Of a stretch of DNA of 38,654 bases, positions 17,601 to 24,204 are shown piece after piece. Where the stretch lies: IMG/VR virus record IMGVR_UViG_3300045988_033443, positions 1 to 38,654 of that record; one strand, given 5' to 3'. A program made the position numbers and the translations under genes. A model generated the notes under the pieces. It worked only from the letters and a program-made list of their open reading frames with translations, was not told the origin of the DNA and did no database searches. Source of the stretch: a virus. Position 1 is the first letter of the stretch. Each line of letters starts with the position of its first letter.

Positions 17601-19563
17601 GTCGATGCGCAAGGCTTCGACCTTGTGGATTGACACGACTGGAGGCGCGAACACGCCGAAGCGTTGGAGTGGTAGTGCTTGGGTGGCTGTGACCGATAAG
17701 GCCGCCACTGATGCGGCCAATGCGGCTGTCAAGGCCAATACGGCTGCGAAGACCGCTCAGGATACCGCCGACAAGGCTGCGACCGCTGCCGCCAACGCCG
17801 CGTCACAGGCGAATCAGGCGCAGGCCGCAGCTAAAAAGGCGCAGACCACCGCCGATGGAAAGAATCTGATCTACCGTGGCCCGGACGAACCGAATCATGA
17901 TGGCTTGAAGCCGGGGGACATGTGGTGGCGCACCCAAAAATATTGGACGAGGTGGAAGGGCGAGAAGAACAATTCGCCGTCCATGCTCGCGGATTTCTAC
18001 ACTTATTGGACGGGCGCGCCGAACAACAGTCCGAGCGTCTTGGTGCCCTTGTCCGATCGTGTGGTGGAAGTCCTGACGTGGGACGGTACGAGATTCGAGC
18101 CATTCGACCTCGTGGCGAACAACATCCTCGCTGCTGGCACGGTGGCCGCGAAGCATCTCGCCGCCGACTCCGTGACCGCCGAGAAGGTCAAGGCCAATGC
18201 CATCACAGTGGACAAGCTCGCCGCGAACTCCGTCACGACGGAGAAATTGGTGGCTGATGCGGTGACCGCCGCGAAACTCGCCGCCAACTCGGTGCAGGCT
18301 CGGAACATCGTCGCACTGGCCATCACATCAGACAAGCTCGCCGCGAACAGCGTCACCACTGCGAAGCTCAAGGTCACGGAAGATATGACCGTGGCCTTGC
18401 TCAACGTCCACAAGATTCAGGCCGGGGAGATTGCGGCTAATGCCGTGACCACTGCTGCCTTGGCGGCTGGTGTCGTGAATGCCGACAAATTGGCTGCTAA
18501 TTCGGTCAATGCGTCCAAGATTGTGACTGGTGCCATAACCGCCGACAAGCTCGCGGCAAACAGTGTGACGGCCGTCAAGATCGCGGCTGGCACCATCACG
18601 TCCGACAAGGTGGCGGCGGGCCAATTCAAGGGCTATGTGTTCACCGGCGCGATATTCCAGTCCAGCGATGCGGCGAACACGGGCATGAAGCTCAATAGCA
18701 CGGCCTTGCAGATGTGGGACAGCAATCACAACCGCACCGTCTACCTGGACGGCGAGGGGAAGAGCAATGTGCTGACCGGCACGTTCCAAACCCGCACGAG
18801 CGGGCACAGGGTGCGTATCAGTCCGGATTATCAGACCTACATCATCGGCGGATCTGAGACTTTCACCGGTGATGGCATCGAATTCCCGGCCTACAACGGG
18901 TCCACCGCCTACTTTTCGCATCCGGCCATTGCTTCTGTCATCCAGTCGAATCAGGTCGGCTCGATGGGCGAACTGGACTTGTGGAGCGGACACGTGAGCA
19001 AGAACGACCCCGCCGCGTTCATGTCTCTCAGATCGAAGCCGCGCAAGAAAGGCGGTACCGGCAGCGGCGGCGTCACATCCAGAGTGCATGCCGTGGCGAA
19101 CACGGATTACGACGAGCCGGACGAGAGCAAGAAAAGCAGCGCTTTCCTCACTCTGGCCGGCGATAGCGCGAACGGTTCGAAGTGCTGGCTCGAAGCGCAA
19201 GACGCGAACGGCGAGGTCGGAGTCGGCGCGAACATCGGCACCGGATACGTGTATCTCGGCGGCTATCTTGGCGGCATCACGAACCGTTCTACGTTCCATG
19301 CCCAGGCTGCGTGGAAGGCGTGGTATCCGAATCCCGGCTCGAAGATTGCGGCCGGCGCTTCCACGCAAGTCGATTGCACGTTCAGCCCGACGAAATACGG
19401 CCACTATTACGTCGTCGCGAACGCGGATTCACAATGGGCGGGCATCATCGCGCACCCGATTAACACGGGCGGTCAGAGCGGCTTCACATTGAAGCTGTAT
19501 AACGCCGACCAGCCTTGCCCGGTGGATGTTTACGCGGAATTCCTGGCTTATTTGGTCAAGTGA
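14653..19563 (+). CDS. Tal-like tail tip/fibre protein (1636 aa) with two FN3-like domains, an Ala-rich coiled-coil rod, duplicated Trp-rich modules and an 11-residue repeat tract
   Basis: Position after Dit. FN3-like segments at about 15880-16490. The AANAAQTAAKSA-type rod runs about 17040-17830. LAANSVTxxKL repeats run about 18120-18625. Confidence 0.85.
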   Translation: MAKSLHARLVAYRPFGARIGVLAEPVSFSASMLHNDDGAISIEYSMLSGDAQAFDRELTDGLEVAVEVSDGTGYREPDNARFVITGRSGKTDDRTRTVTYSGQSISWLLSKAENNDSSHLLADGDNKGKRPFYSANPGVILKTMLDENRQRGGVATGLTLGFDTAKDAGGAAWARKYTLYYSLGTDLQTILSSLVNGGGCDWRTSGRTLKLWNADSRALSRDLSKQVVLRLASDIGEAPYEESIADLASTILVEGDNNLLFRMDNPSAPTPWGKWESYASQGGVSDKDTAQAFMQSTLDDSARVRGQYTRDLIVSDVDSLPLVDYHAGDWITAPTITHGEKVRVQEIDLSMRQGEGLSVSIALNDIKYDASVKQAKKIKGITGGAALAGSEGGTTASSDRDHRVPKAPLGLVVQTDAYIGSDGFAHGLATASWSAVTEATNNTAIEIGNYAVEWRKHVDGAPWHSAGTTDKTQLGFGGLDCGTQIEVRVRAVPTYSDKLGEWSSVFVATVESDTTPCAVPSKPLLSSELGVVTIHWDGKTAAGAQMEPDFDHIEVGEGINAAGMQVISATQSGQGDYVITGLTGGSQHSYALRSVDHAGNKSDWSAIATVTVASAVSPEEVKQIQKDLADNQTALKDNTAKLDQARKDIQSNKSNLDAANQTLAQAKTDLSQAQKDIAQTKSDLTTANGEISKAKESAAQAYAEAHSKNHTFRGPDEPKDNLIVGDLWLKTQAYWTRWKGEKNNSPSLLADFYTYWQGEANNSPSVLVPLSDRVIDTLVWDGAAWNHMGYADVERNADEIAQAKSDIADNAAKTTDAKKTAENAAAAAKNAQGTADTANGAAKTAQDTANAAQTAAKSATATAGQAKDAANAAQTAAESAKKTAGNAETLANTANASANAAKSDAASAKTDASTAKTDAANAKTTAANASSVATQAKATADSAAQSATDAANAAQKANTAAAAAAGVANGKADVLIQSTAPATSMRKASTLWIDTTGGANTPKRWSGSAWVAVTDKAATDAANAAVKANTAAKTAQDTADKAATAAANAASQANQAQAAAKKAQTTADGKNLIYRGPDEPNHDGLKPGDMWWRTQKYWTRWKGEKNNSPSMLADFYTYWTGAPNNSPSVLVPLSDRVVEVLTWDGTRFEPFDLVANNILAAGTVAAKHLAADSVTAEKVKANAITVDKLAANSVTTEKLVADAVTAAKLAANSVQARNIVALAITSDKLAANSVTTAKLKVTEDMTVALLNVHKIQAGEIAANAVTTAALAAGVVNADKLAANSVNASKIVTGAITADKLAANSVTAVKIAAGTITSDKVAAGQFKGYVFTGAIFQSSDAANTGMKLNSTALQMWDSNHNRTVYLDGEGKSNVLTGTFQTRTSGHRVRISPDYQTYIIGGSETFTGDGIEFPAYNGSTAYFSHPAIASVIQSNQVGSMGELDLWSGHVSKNDPAAFMSLRSKPRKKGGTGSGGVTSRVHAVANTDYDEPDESKKSSAFLTLAGDSANGSKCWLEAQDANGEVGVGANIGTGYVYLGGYLGGITNRSTFHAQAAWKAWYPNPGSKIAAGASTQVDCTFSPTKYGHYYVVANADSQWAGIIAHPINTGGQSGFTLKLYNADQPCPVDVYAEFLAYLVK

Positions 19564-19575
19564 TTGGAGGAAATA

Positions 19576-20145
19576 TTGTCATCGACTTTTGAAATGGATG
19601 ATAACGGATTGTGTATCATCCGCTGCGATCCGCCGGTGAACGGGTCGGACAGTTTCGTTTTCACGCCCGATGTGCTCGTCTCGTGGAAGGCGCTGCTCGG
19701 CTTTGCTTCGATTCGGGAGGCGATCGCGGCGATCATGCAGGGCAGGGAGGATACGAGCCTGTACGACCGCGCCACCGGCAGGGGCGTGTGGACGGGGGCT
19801 TACGAGGCCTTGGAAAGCGCGCTGAATGATTCCGCCACCGGCGTGAGCATGCTTGCGGCTGATGGGGAAGTGTTGAATGACCCGCTGACCGCCGCGCGCA
19901 ATAAGGCGCGTGAGGGCATGAGTCTGCCCACCATGTCGAATGAGACGGACGCGAATCTCATTGCCACACTGGCCGCTGATGATGTTGATTCCGAGCCGTC
20001 GAGTGGCATTGACATCAGCGTCACCAAGGACATCGAGGGCCTTGACGCTTTCCTATCGGACGAGTCCAGCCAGACCGCACTGGATGAGTGCGAGGAGCGC
20101 TTTTATGAATCCCTCATGCCACGACCTCAAAACAACCAACAATAA
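19576..20145 (+). CDS. hypothetical tail-associated acidic protein (start uncertain: TTG 19576 or ATG 19594)
   Basis: Track ORF 19564..20145. GGAGG at 19566-19570. Confidence 0.5.
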   Translation: MSSTFEMDDNGLCIIRCDPPVNGSDSFVFTPDVLVSWKALLGFASIREAIAAIMQGREDTSLYDRATGRGVWTGAYEALESALNDSATGVSMLAADGEVLNDPLTAARNKAREGMSLPTMSNETDANLIATLAADDVDSEPSSGIDISVTKDIEGLDAFLSDESSQTALDECEERFYESLMPRPQNNQQ

Positions 20146-20150
20146 GGAGA

Positions 20151-20471
20151 TTGATTATGACCGATGAGACCACTGAAACCACTGCCGATACCACTACTGC
20201 CGTGACGTCCTCTGAGCCGTCTGGCGTGCTTGATTTGCGTCCGCCGAAGGAGTCGGTGCGCGCGGAATTGTGCCGTCTCGGATTGGAGTTTTCCAGCGCT
20301 GACGGCACTACCGAATCGTGGCGCGACTACCAGCGTGGCGTGCTGGCCACGTTCGACGATACGGGCACGTCCGTGACGTTGACGGACGTGAAGACGAATC
20401 TCGGCCGCACCCTCACACTCGACGAGCTTAAGGCGGTGACTCGTATCGACACGATGACCGCCGCCGACTAA
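20151..20471 (+). CDS. hypothetical protein (106 aa, Thr-rich N-terminus)
   Basis: Track ORF with RBS AAGGAG upstream. Confidence 0.55.
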   Translation: MIMTDETTETTADTTTAVTSSEPSGVLDLRPPKESVRAELCRLGLEFSSADGTTESWRDYQRGVLATFDDTGTSVTLTDVKTNLGRTLTLDELKAVTRIDTMTAAD

Positions 20472-20493
20472 TCCAGCATTCCAATTTTTTCAA

Positions 20494-20530
20494 CCCCTGC
20501 AATCCACACGGATTGCGGGGGTTTCGCATT
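20494..20530 (+). terminator. putative rho-independent terminator
   Basis: 12-bp stem, CCCCTGCAATCC with GGATTGCGGGGG (one G-U pair), loop ACAC, then a weak T-run (TTTCGCATT). Confidence 0.55.
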
Positions 20531-20545
20531 AAAAGGAGACTTATT

Positions 20546-20716
20546 TTGACTCAGATTCCAGCCGACGCGAACGACGTCATCGACTCTCTTTCCGCGCAAA
20601 TCGGCTCACTCAACAAGCAGATCGCAATCCTGACCAGTCAGCTCAACGCGGCCATGAAATTGATTCCCAAGGATGTGCTCGAAAGCGTGAAGGGAGACGA
20701 GAATGCAGAGGATTAA
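20546..20716 (+). CDS. hypothetical small coiled-coil protein (TTG start)
   Basis: AAGGAG at 20533-20538, then TTG at 20546, in the frame of track ORF 20513..20716. Confidence 0.45.
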   Translation: MTQIPADANDVIDSLSAQIGSLNKQIAILTSQLNAAMKLIPKDVLESVKGDENAED

Positions 20717-21132
20717 CCTGTGGCTGAACCCAAAGTTCGACCCCACCGGCTTCCATGTCGTCAAAAAGGGCGGCGACATATCGAAGTACATGACCGGTGG
20801 CACGCTGGCCAACACCAGAGGCGAATACATCGACCTGCCTTTCGCGTGCGAGGTCGGCGTGGAATACGTGTGCACGTACAGGATCGTCAGCAACGATACG
20901 ACGAATAAATCAATCGGCATCTTTTCCGGCGGCACGGCCAAATACCCAAGTGCCCAGACGGTCGGGAAATATACGATCCGCTTCACCCCGACCGCCAATG
21001 ACACGCGCCTGGCCATCCCCTCCGGTATGGCCATCAGCGAATTGAGCGTGGAAGCCGCCGACACGTATGACGCGGCGCTCGGGGGGGGGGCTTCTGGGCT
21101 TCTTCACCGGCGACACCATGCCACTTCGGTAG
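20703..21132 (+). CDS. receptor-binding-like small tail protein, paralog A (needs G9 rather than the G10 present to reach its conserved C-terminus)
   Basis: N-terminus RINLWLNPKF. After the G-tract, the +1-shifted frame reads LLGFFTGDTMPLR-stop (stop at 21130-21132), matching the C-termini of paralogs B and C. The reading frame as written instead runs out of frame through paralog B. Confidence 0.6.
21081..21090 (+). repeat. homopolymeric G10 tract inside paralog A
   Basis: Ten consecutive G, read directly from the sequence. The tract length sets the reading frame of the gene's C-terminus. Confidence 0.95.
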
Positions 21133-21159
21133 GAGCGACTATCGGGCGGGTGGTGCCCG

Positions 21160-21528
21160 ATGATGGTGACGAACCTATGCGCGAAACCATCCTCGACCAT
21201 CACCTTGCGAGCAGGCATGTGGACGAATATCACGCCCGTCCCGAGCAAGATCGGGATGAAATATTGGATCAATGTCTATGTGAACGTCACCGGCGGCACG
21301 ATCTCGATAAGCGGAGTGAATGGCGACATCAGCGCAAGCCAACGTATCGGATACTCGATGATCTCCAACAATCCCAATCCTGTGTCAATGAGTTATTCCG
21401 TCAAGTCAGGCAATCCGACCGTTACAGTGACAGATATGCTCCTCTGCACGTTTGCCGAGTATCAGGCGAACAAGACCCTGCTCGACAGCATCGGATATTT
21501 CACCGGGGATACGATGCCACTCGCCTAA
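21160..21528 (+). CDS. receptor-binding-like small tail protein, paralog B
   Basis: 122 aa. N-terminus VTNLCAKP. C-terminus GYFTGDTMPLA. Confidence 0.7.
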   Translation: MMVTNLCAKPSSTITLRAGMWTNITPVPSKIGMKYWINVYVNVTGGTISISGVNGDISASQRIGYSMISNNPNPVSMSYSVKSGNPTVTVTDMLLCTFAEYQANKTLLDSIGYFTGDTMPLA

Positions 21529-21547
21529 CCCTCATGGGGGTGGTGGC

Positions 21548-21940
21548 ATGACTTCCATCATTAATCACTGCGTCATGCCGAAAGGCGGTGTGAGCGTCAA
21601 GACGACGAACACGACACCATCGGACATCACCTTCACGGGGTTGACGGCGGGCGTGAAATACCATGTGAGCGTCGTCTGTTACATGCTGTCCACGAGTGGC
21701 GACAATCCGCGCTTGCGCCTCACCACCAATGGCAGTGATAGTGGGCTGGTCAGTTCGAATGGTCGCGTGGATTACGTCTTCACCGCCGCCAGCACCACTC
21801 ACGGCATTCTCGTCGGTCTGAACAATTGCACGGTCAATCTGAGCAAGGGCTTGTGCGTGCCTCAAGACCAGTGGCAGCAGCTCGTCTCGTTGGGATTGCC
21901 GGGCAATTATTTCGATGGCGACACCATGCCAAAAGATTAA
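21548..21940 (+). CDS. receptor-binding-like small tail protein, paralog C
   Basis: ATG at 21548 lies in the frame of track ORF 21452..21940. N-terminus IINHCVMPKG. C-terminus NYFDGDTMPKD. Confidence 0.7.
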   Translation: MTSIINHCVMPKGGVSVKTTNTTPSDITFTGLTAGVKYHVSVVCYMLSTSGDNPRLRLTTNGSDSGLVSSNGRVDYVFTAASTTHGILVGLNNCTVNLSKGLCVPQDQWQQLVSLGLPGNYFDGDTMPKD

Positions 21941-21961
21941 ACGATTTCAAGGAGATGTGAT

Positions 21962-22351
21962 GTGTTTCAAACGTTTTTAGCAGGGTTTGGTGGTGTTGGT
22001 GGCGCGTGCGCTCTCATCACGCTCGGCCTTAAAGTCTGGCCGGGCGCGTTGGACGCGTTGGCCACCGGATTGTACGCGCACGTGCGGCCGGAACGCTTGC
22101 CTTACGATTCGCCGCTCTCGCAGCATTTCGCCAAGACCAGGACTTTAGGAGAGCGGACATCGAAAATCGACGACCGCATGGACGAACTCTGCCGCGACAC
22201 GATCAAAAACACGATCATCAGCCTGATCTACGGCGACAAGGACACCGACCACAGCGAGGCCGTCAGCTACGAGCTGTCGAAGCTTGAGAAATTGGACGCG
22301 CAATGCTGGATAGTCGCCGCAGCCGAAAAATATTTGGAGGACAGGCAATGA
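21962..22351 (+). CDS. membrane protein with one N-terminal TM helix (possible holin-like or lysis accessory protein)
   Basis: GTG start after AAGGAG. Hydrophobic FLAGFGGVGGACALITLGL segment. Confidence 0.5.
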   Translation: MFQTFLAGFGGVGGACALITLGLKVWPGALDALATGLYAHVRPERLPYDSPLSQHFAKTRTLGERTSKIDDRMDELCRDTIKNTIISLIYGDKDTDHSEAVSYELSKLEKLDAQCWIVAAAEKYLEDRQ

Positions 22352-22434
22352 CGCATCTAGCCATCGCAGGCGGCACATACCTGCTACTGCTCGCGCTCAT
22401 CATCATGTTCAATCACGGCGCGCACAGGCGCTGA
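22348..22434 (+). CDS. 28-aa hydrophobic peptide (MTHLAIAGGTYLLLLALIIMFNHGAHRR)
   Basis: ATGA coupling to the upstream gene. Single TM-like core. Below the track threshold. Confidence 0.4.
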   Translation: MTHLAIAGGTYLLLLALIIMFNHGAHRR

Positions 22435-22453
22435 CATCGATTTTTCCAAAAAC

Positions 22454-22484
22454 AAGGCCATCTCTTCGGAGGTGGCCTTTTCTA
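22454..22484 (+). terminator. rho-independent terminator
   Basis: AAGGCCATCTC TTCG GAGGTGGCCTT (one G-U pair), followed by TTCTATT. Confidence 0.75.
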
Positions 22485-22515
22485 TTGCCCCGTTGGGGGC
22501 GGGAAGGAGGCCGTC

Positions 22516-22635
22516 ATGGACGAAGTGACCATGACGCCGGAAATGACACCGCAGGGCGACAGTCTGCCGCCCGAGAACATTCAGGTCGTGTCCGAGGAGG
22601 ATGCGGCCAAGGCCGTAGAGGGATTGGAGGACTAG
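22516..22635 (+). CDS. 39-aa acidic protein
   Basis: Strong RBS GGAAGGAGG, 5 nt before the ATG at 22516. Ends 4 nt before the endolysin start. Confidence 0.45.
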   Translation: MDEVTMTPEMTPQGDSLPPENIQVVSEEDAAKAVEGLED

Positions 22636-22639
22636 CAGC

Positions 22640-23428
22640 ATGGCAAGCGTAAGCGCTTTGATTAACCGCATGCGTTACTGGTGCGCCGTGGCAAACTTGG
22701 GCTATTCGCAGGCGGACCGTTGGAACTTCAACCCCTCGGGGGGTAATTGCGATTGTTCCAGTCTGGTGATCCACTGCCTGCGCGAGGCGGGTTTCGACAC
22801 CGGCTCGGCCACCTACACCGGCAACCTCTCCTCCGAGCTGACCAAGCGCGGGTGGACTCGTCTGCCCGCGAACGGCAATCCGCAGGCTGGTGACATCCTG
22901 TTGAACGACGTGCATCACGTAGCCGTCTACCTGGGTGGCGGCAAGCTCGCACAGGCGTCCATCAGCGAGCGTGGCACCGCCTACGGGAAGGCCGGAGACC
23001 AGACCGCCCGCGAAACCAATATCAGGGGCTACTACAACTACCCGTGGAACTGCTACCTCCGCTACGGCGGCGTCTCTTCGGCTTCCGCCGGCGCTCTCGC
23101 GGTTGACGGCAATGTCGGCCCGGCCACCGTGCGCCGCTGGCAGCAGGTGATGGGCACCGCGGTGGATGGCATCATCAGCGGCCAGCAGGTGCCGGACGAA
23201 CGCACCTACTGGCGTCCGGCCATCGACTCCAGCGTGGTCCGCTACGGGACAGGCGGCAGCGACCTGATCCGCGCCGTGCAGCGCCGACTCGGCTGCGGCG
23301 TTGACGGCCTGCTCGGTCCGGCCACCATTCGCGCCATCCAGCGTCATTACGGTCTGGCTCAGGATGCGAGCTTCGGCCCCGCGACCGCACGCGCCTTGCA
23401 GTCGGCGCTCAACCAGGGACGATTCTAA
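22640..23428 (+). CDS. endolysin: N-terminal cysteine-peptidase-type (NlpC/P60/CHAP/Amidase_5-like) domain plus C-terminal PG_binding_1-like repeats
   Basis: GNCDCSSLV...HHVAVYLG gives a Cys/His pair. Repeated VDG..GPAT.RA.Q motifs occur at the C-terminus. Confidence 0.85.
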   Translation: MASVSALINRMRYWCAVANLGYSQADRWNFNPSGGNCDCSSLVIHCLREAGFDTGSATYTGNLSSELTKRGWTRLPANGNPQAGDILLNDVHHVAVYLGGGKLAQASISERGTAYGKAGDQTARETNIRGYYNYPWNCYLRYGGVSSASAGALAVDGNVGPATVRRWQQVMGTAVDGIISGQQVPDERTYWRPAIDSSVVRYGTGGSDLIRAVQRRLGCGVDGLLGPATIRAIQRHYGLAQDASFGPATARALQSALNQGRF

Positions 23429-23438
23429 GGAGGATTAA

Positions 23439-23717
23439 ATGGCTCAGCATGCAGCACCGTCCACTTTGGAGACCACCGTCAATAATCTGACCAACGAGCG
23501 TGAGGATGGTCAGGACAACCAGGCGCCGGACGCATACACTCCGGTCTTTTCTAAGCAGGTGCGCACCGTCGTGTACGTGCTCGGTCTGATCGCTTCGTGC
23601 GTCGGCCTCGGCTTCATGACCTTTGGTGACGCGGCCATCGGCGGTTACATCTCGACCGTCGCCGGCTTCATCGCCAGCGGTCTTGGCGTGGCCTACAATC
23701 CGCTGCGCCGTGATTGA
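23439..23717 (+). CDS. holin (two TM helices)
   Basis: 92 aa. VVYVLGLIASCVGLGFMTF and GGYISTVAGFIASGLGVAY. Directly downstream of the endolysin. Confidence 0.7.
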   Translation: MAQHAAPSTLETTVNNLTNEREDGQDNQAPDAYTPVFSKQVRTVVYVLGLIASCVGLGFMTFGDAAIGGYISTVAGFIASGLGVAYNPLRRD

Positions 23718-23761
23718 TTTTTTTTGGCGTGAGACTCAAACTCGCGCCGGAAATTCAAACT

Positions 23762-23820
23762 CGGGTGTGGAAAAATTTGCGGCACTGTAGTGTCCGTGGA
23801 ATTTTTTACACCCGTTTTTT
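23762..23820 (+). terminator. long imperfect hairpin plus T-run ending the late operon
   Basis: CGGGTGTGGAAAAATT...AATTTTTTACACCCG, followed by TTTTTTAA. Confidence 0.55.
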
Positions 23821-23827
23821 AACATTT

Positions 23828-23859
23828 GCCCCTCTCTCAGCTATGGCTGGGGGAGGGGC
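23828..23859 (+). terminator. repeated hairpin element, copy 1 (GCCCCTCTCTCAGC tatg GCTGGGGGAGGGGC plus TTTT)
   Basis: 14-bp stem with two U-G pairs that form only in the + sense, then a T-run. It has the same arms as copy 2; copy 3 differs by one fewer G in the 3' arm. Confidence 0.7.
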
Positions 23860-23889
23860 TTTTGTGTTTCGCACGGTAGAATCATCATC

Positions 23890-24051
23890 ATGACCAAGAA
23901 AGAGCATGATGATTTTTGGACGAAGTGGAAACGCGAACTCACGAAGGATGTGAAGGCCGACAGGATACACGGCGGTGAGGCTGATTTCAGCCGAATGCAT
24001 GGCGTGACATTGGACACTCAAAAACTGTATGACATGCTACCGCGAGTCTGA
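23890..24051 (+). CDS. 53-aa hypothetical 'moron' protein (MTKKEHDDFWTKWKRELTKDVKADRIHGGEADF...)
   Basis: Open frame bracketed by hairpin copies 1 and 2. Protein-like charged composition. Below the track threshold. Confidence 0.45.
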   Translation: MTKKEHDDFWTKWKRELTKDVKADRIHGGEADFSRMHGVTLDTQKLYDMLPRV

Positions 24052-24056
24052 ATATT

Positions 24057-24089
24057 GCCCCTCTCTCAGCATGATGCTGGGGGAGGGGC
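24057..24089 (+). terminator. repeated hairpin element, copy 2
   Basis: GCCCCTCTCTCAGC atgat GCTGGGGGAGGGGC, followed by TTTCTTGCGGTTTTT. Confidence 0.7.
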
Positions 24090-24162
24090 TTTCTTGCGGT
24101 TTTTCCGCGAAACCGACCTTTTACGACTCGTTCGACGGTTTTTGCAGTCAAATGTTACACAT

Positions 24163-24193
24163 GCCCCTCTCTCAGCTGATGCTGGGGAGGGGC
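24163..24193 (+). terminator. repeated hairpin element, copy 3
   Basis: GCCCCTCTCTCAGC tgat GCTGGGGAGGGGC, followed by TTTCTTGCGTTT. It abuts the 3' end of minus-strand gene 24205..24642. Confidence 0.65.
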
Positions 24194-24204
24194 TTTCTTG
24201 CGTT

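Noticed and set aside
17040-17830. Ala-rich repetitive DNA (GCCAATGCGGC-type) considered as a non-coding tandem repeat, and the overlapping ORFs 16885..17487 (minus strand), 16976..17578 (plus strand) and 17244..17507 (minus strand).
   Set aside because: The repeats keep the fibre gene's reading frame and encode a heptad-like coiled coil. The other frames are by-products of the repeat.
20703-21551. A single 282-aa ORF as given in the track.
   Set aside because: After the G10 tract, its translation (ASGLLHRRHHATSVGATIGR...) is an out-of-frame reading of paralog B. The conserved FFTGDTMPLR end appears in the neighbouring frame.
23828-24193. A possible CRISPR array or shufflon from the thrice-repeated 32-nt element.
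   Set aside because: There are only three copies and their spacing is irregular (229 and 106 bp). Each unit is itself a hairpin with a T-run. No cas gene, invertase or inverted gene segments are anywhere in the window.
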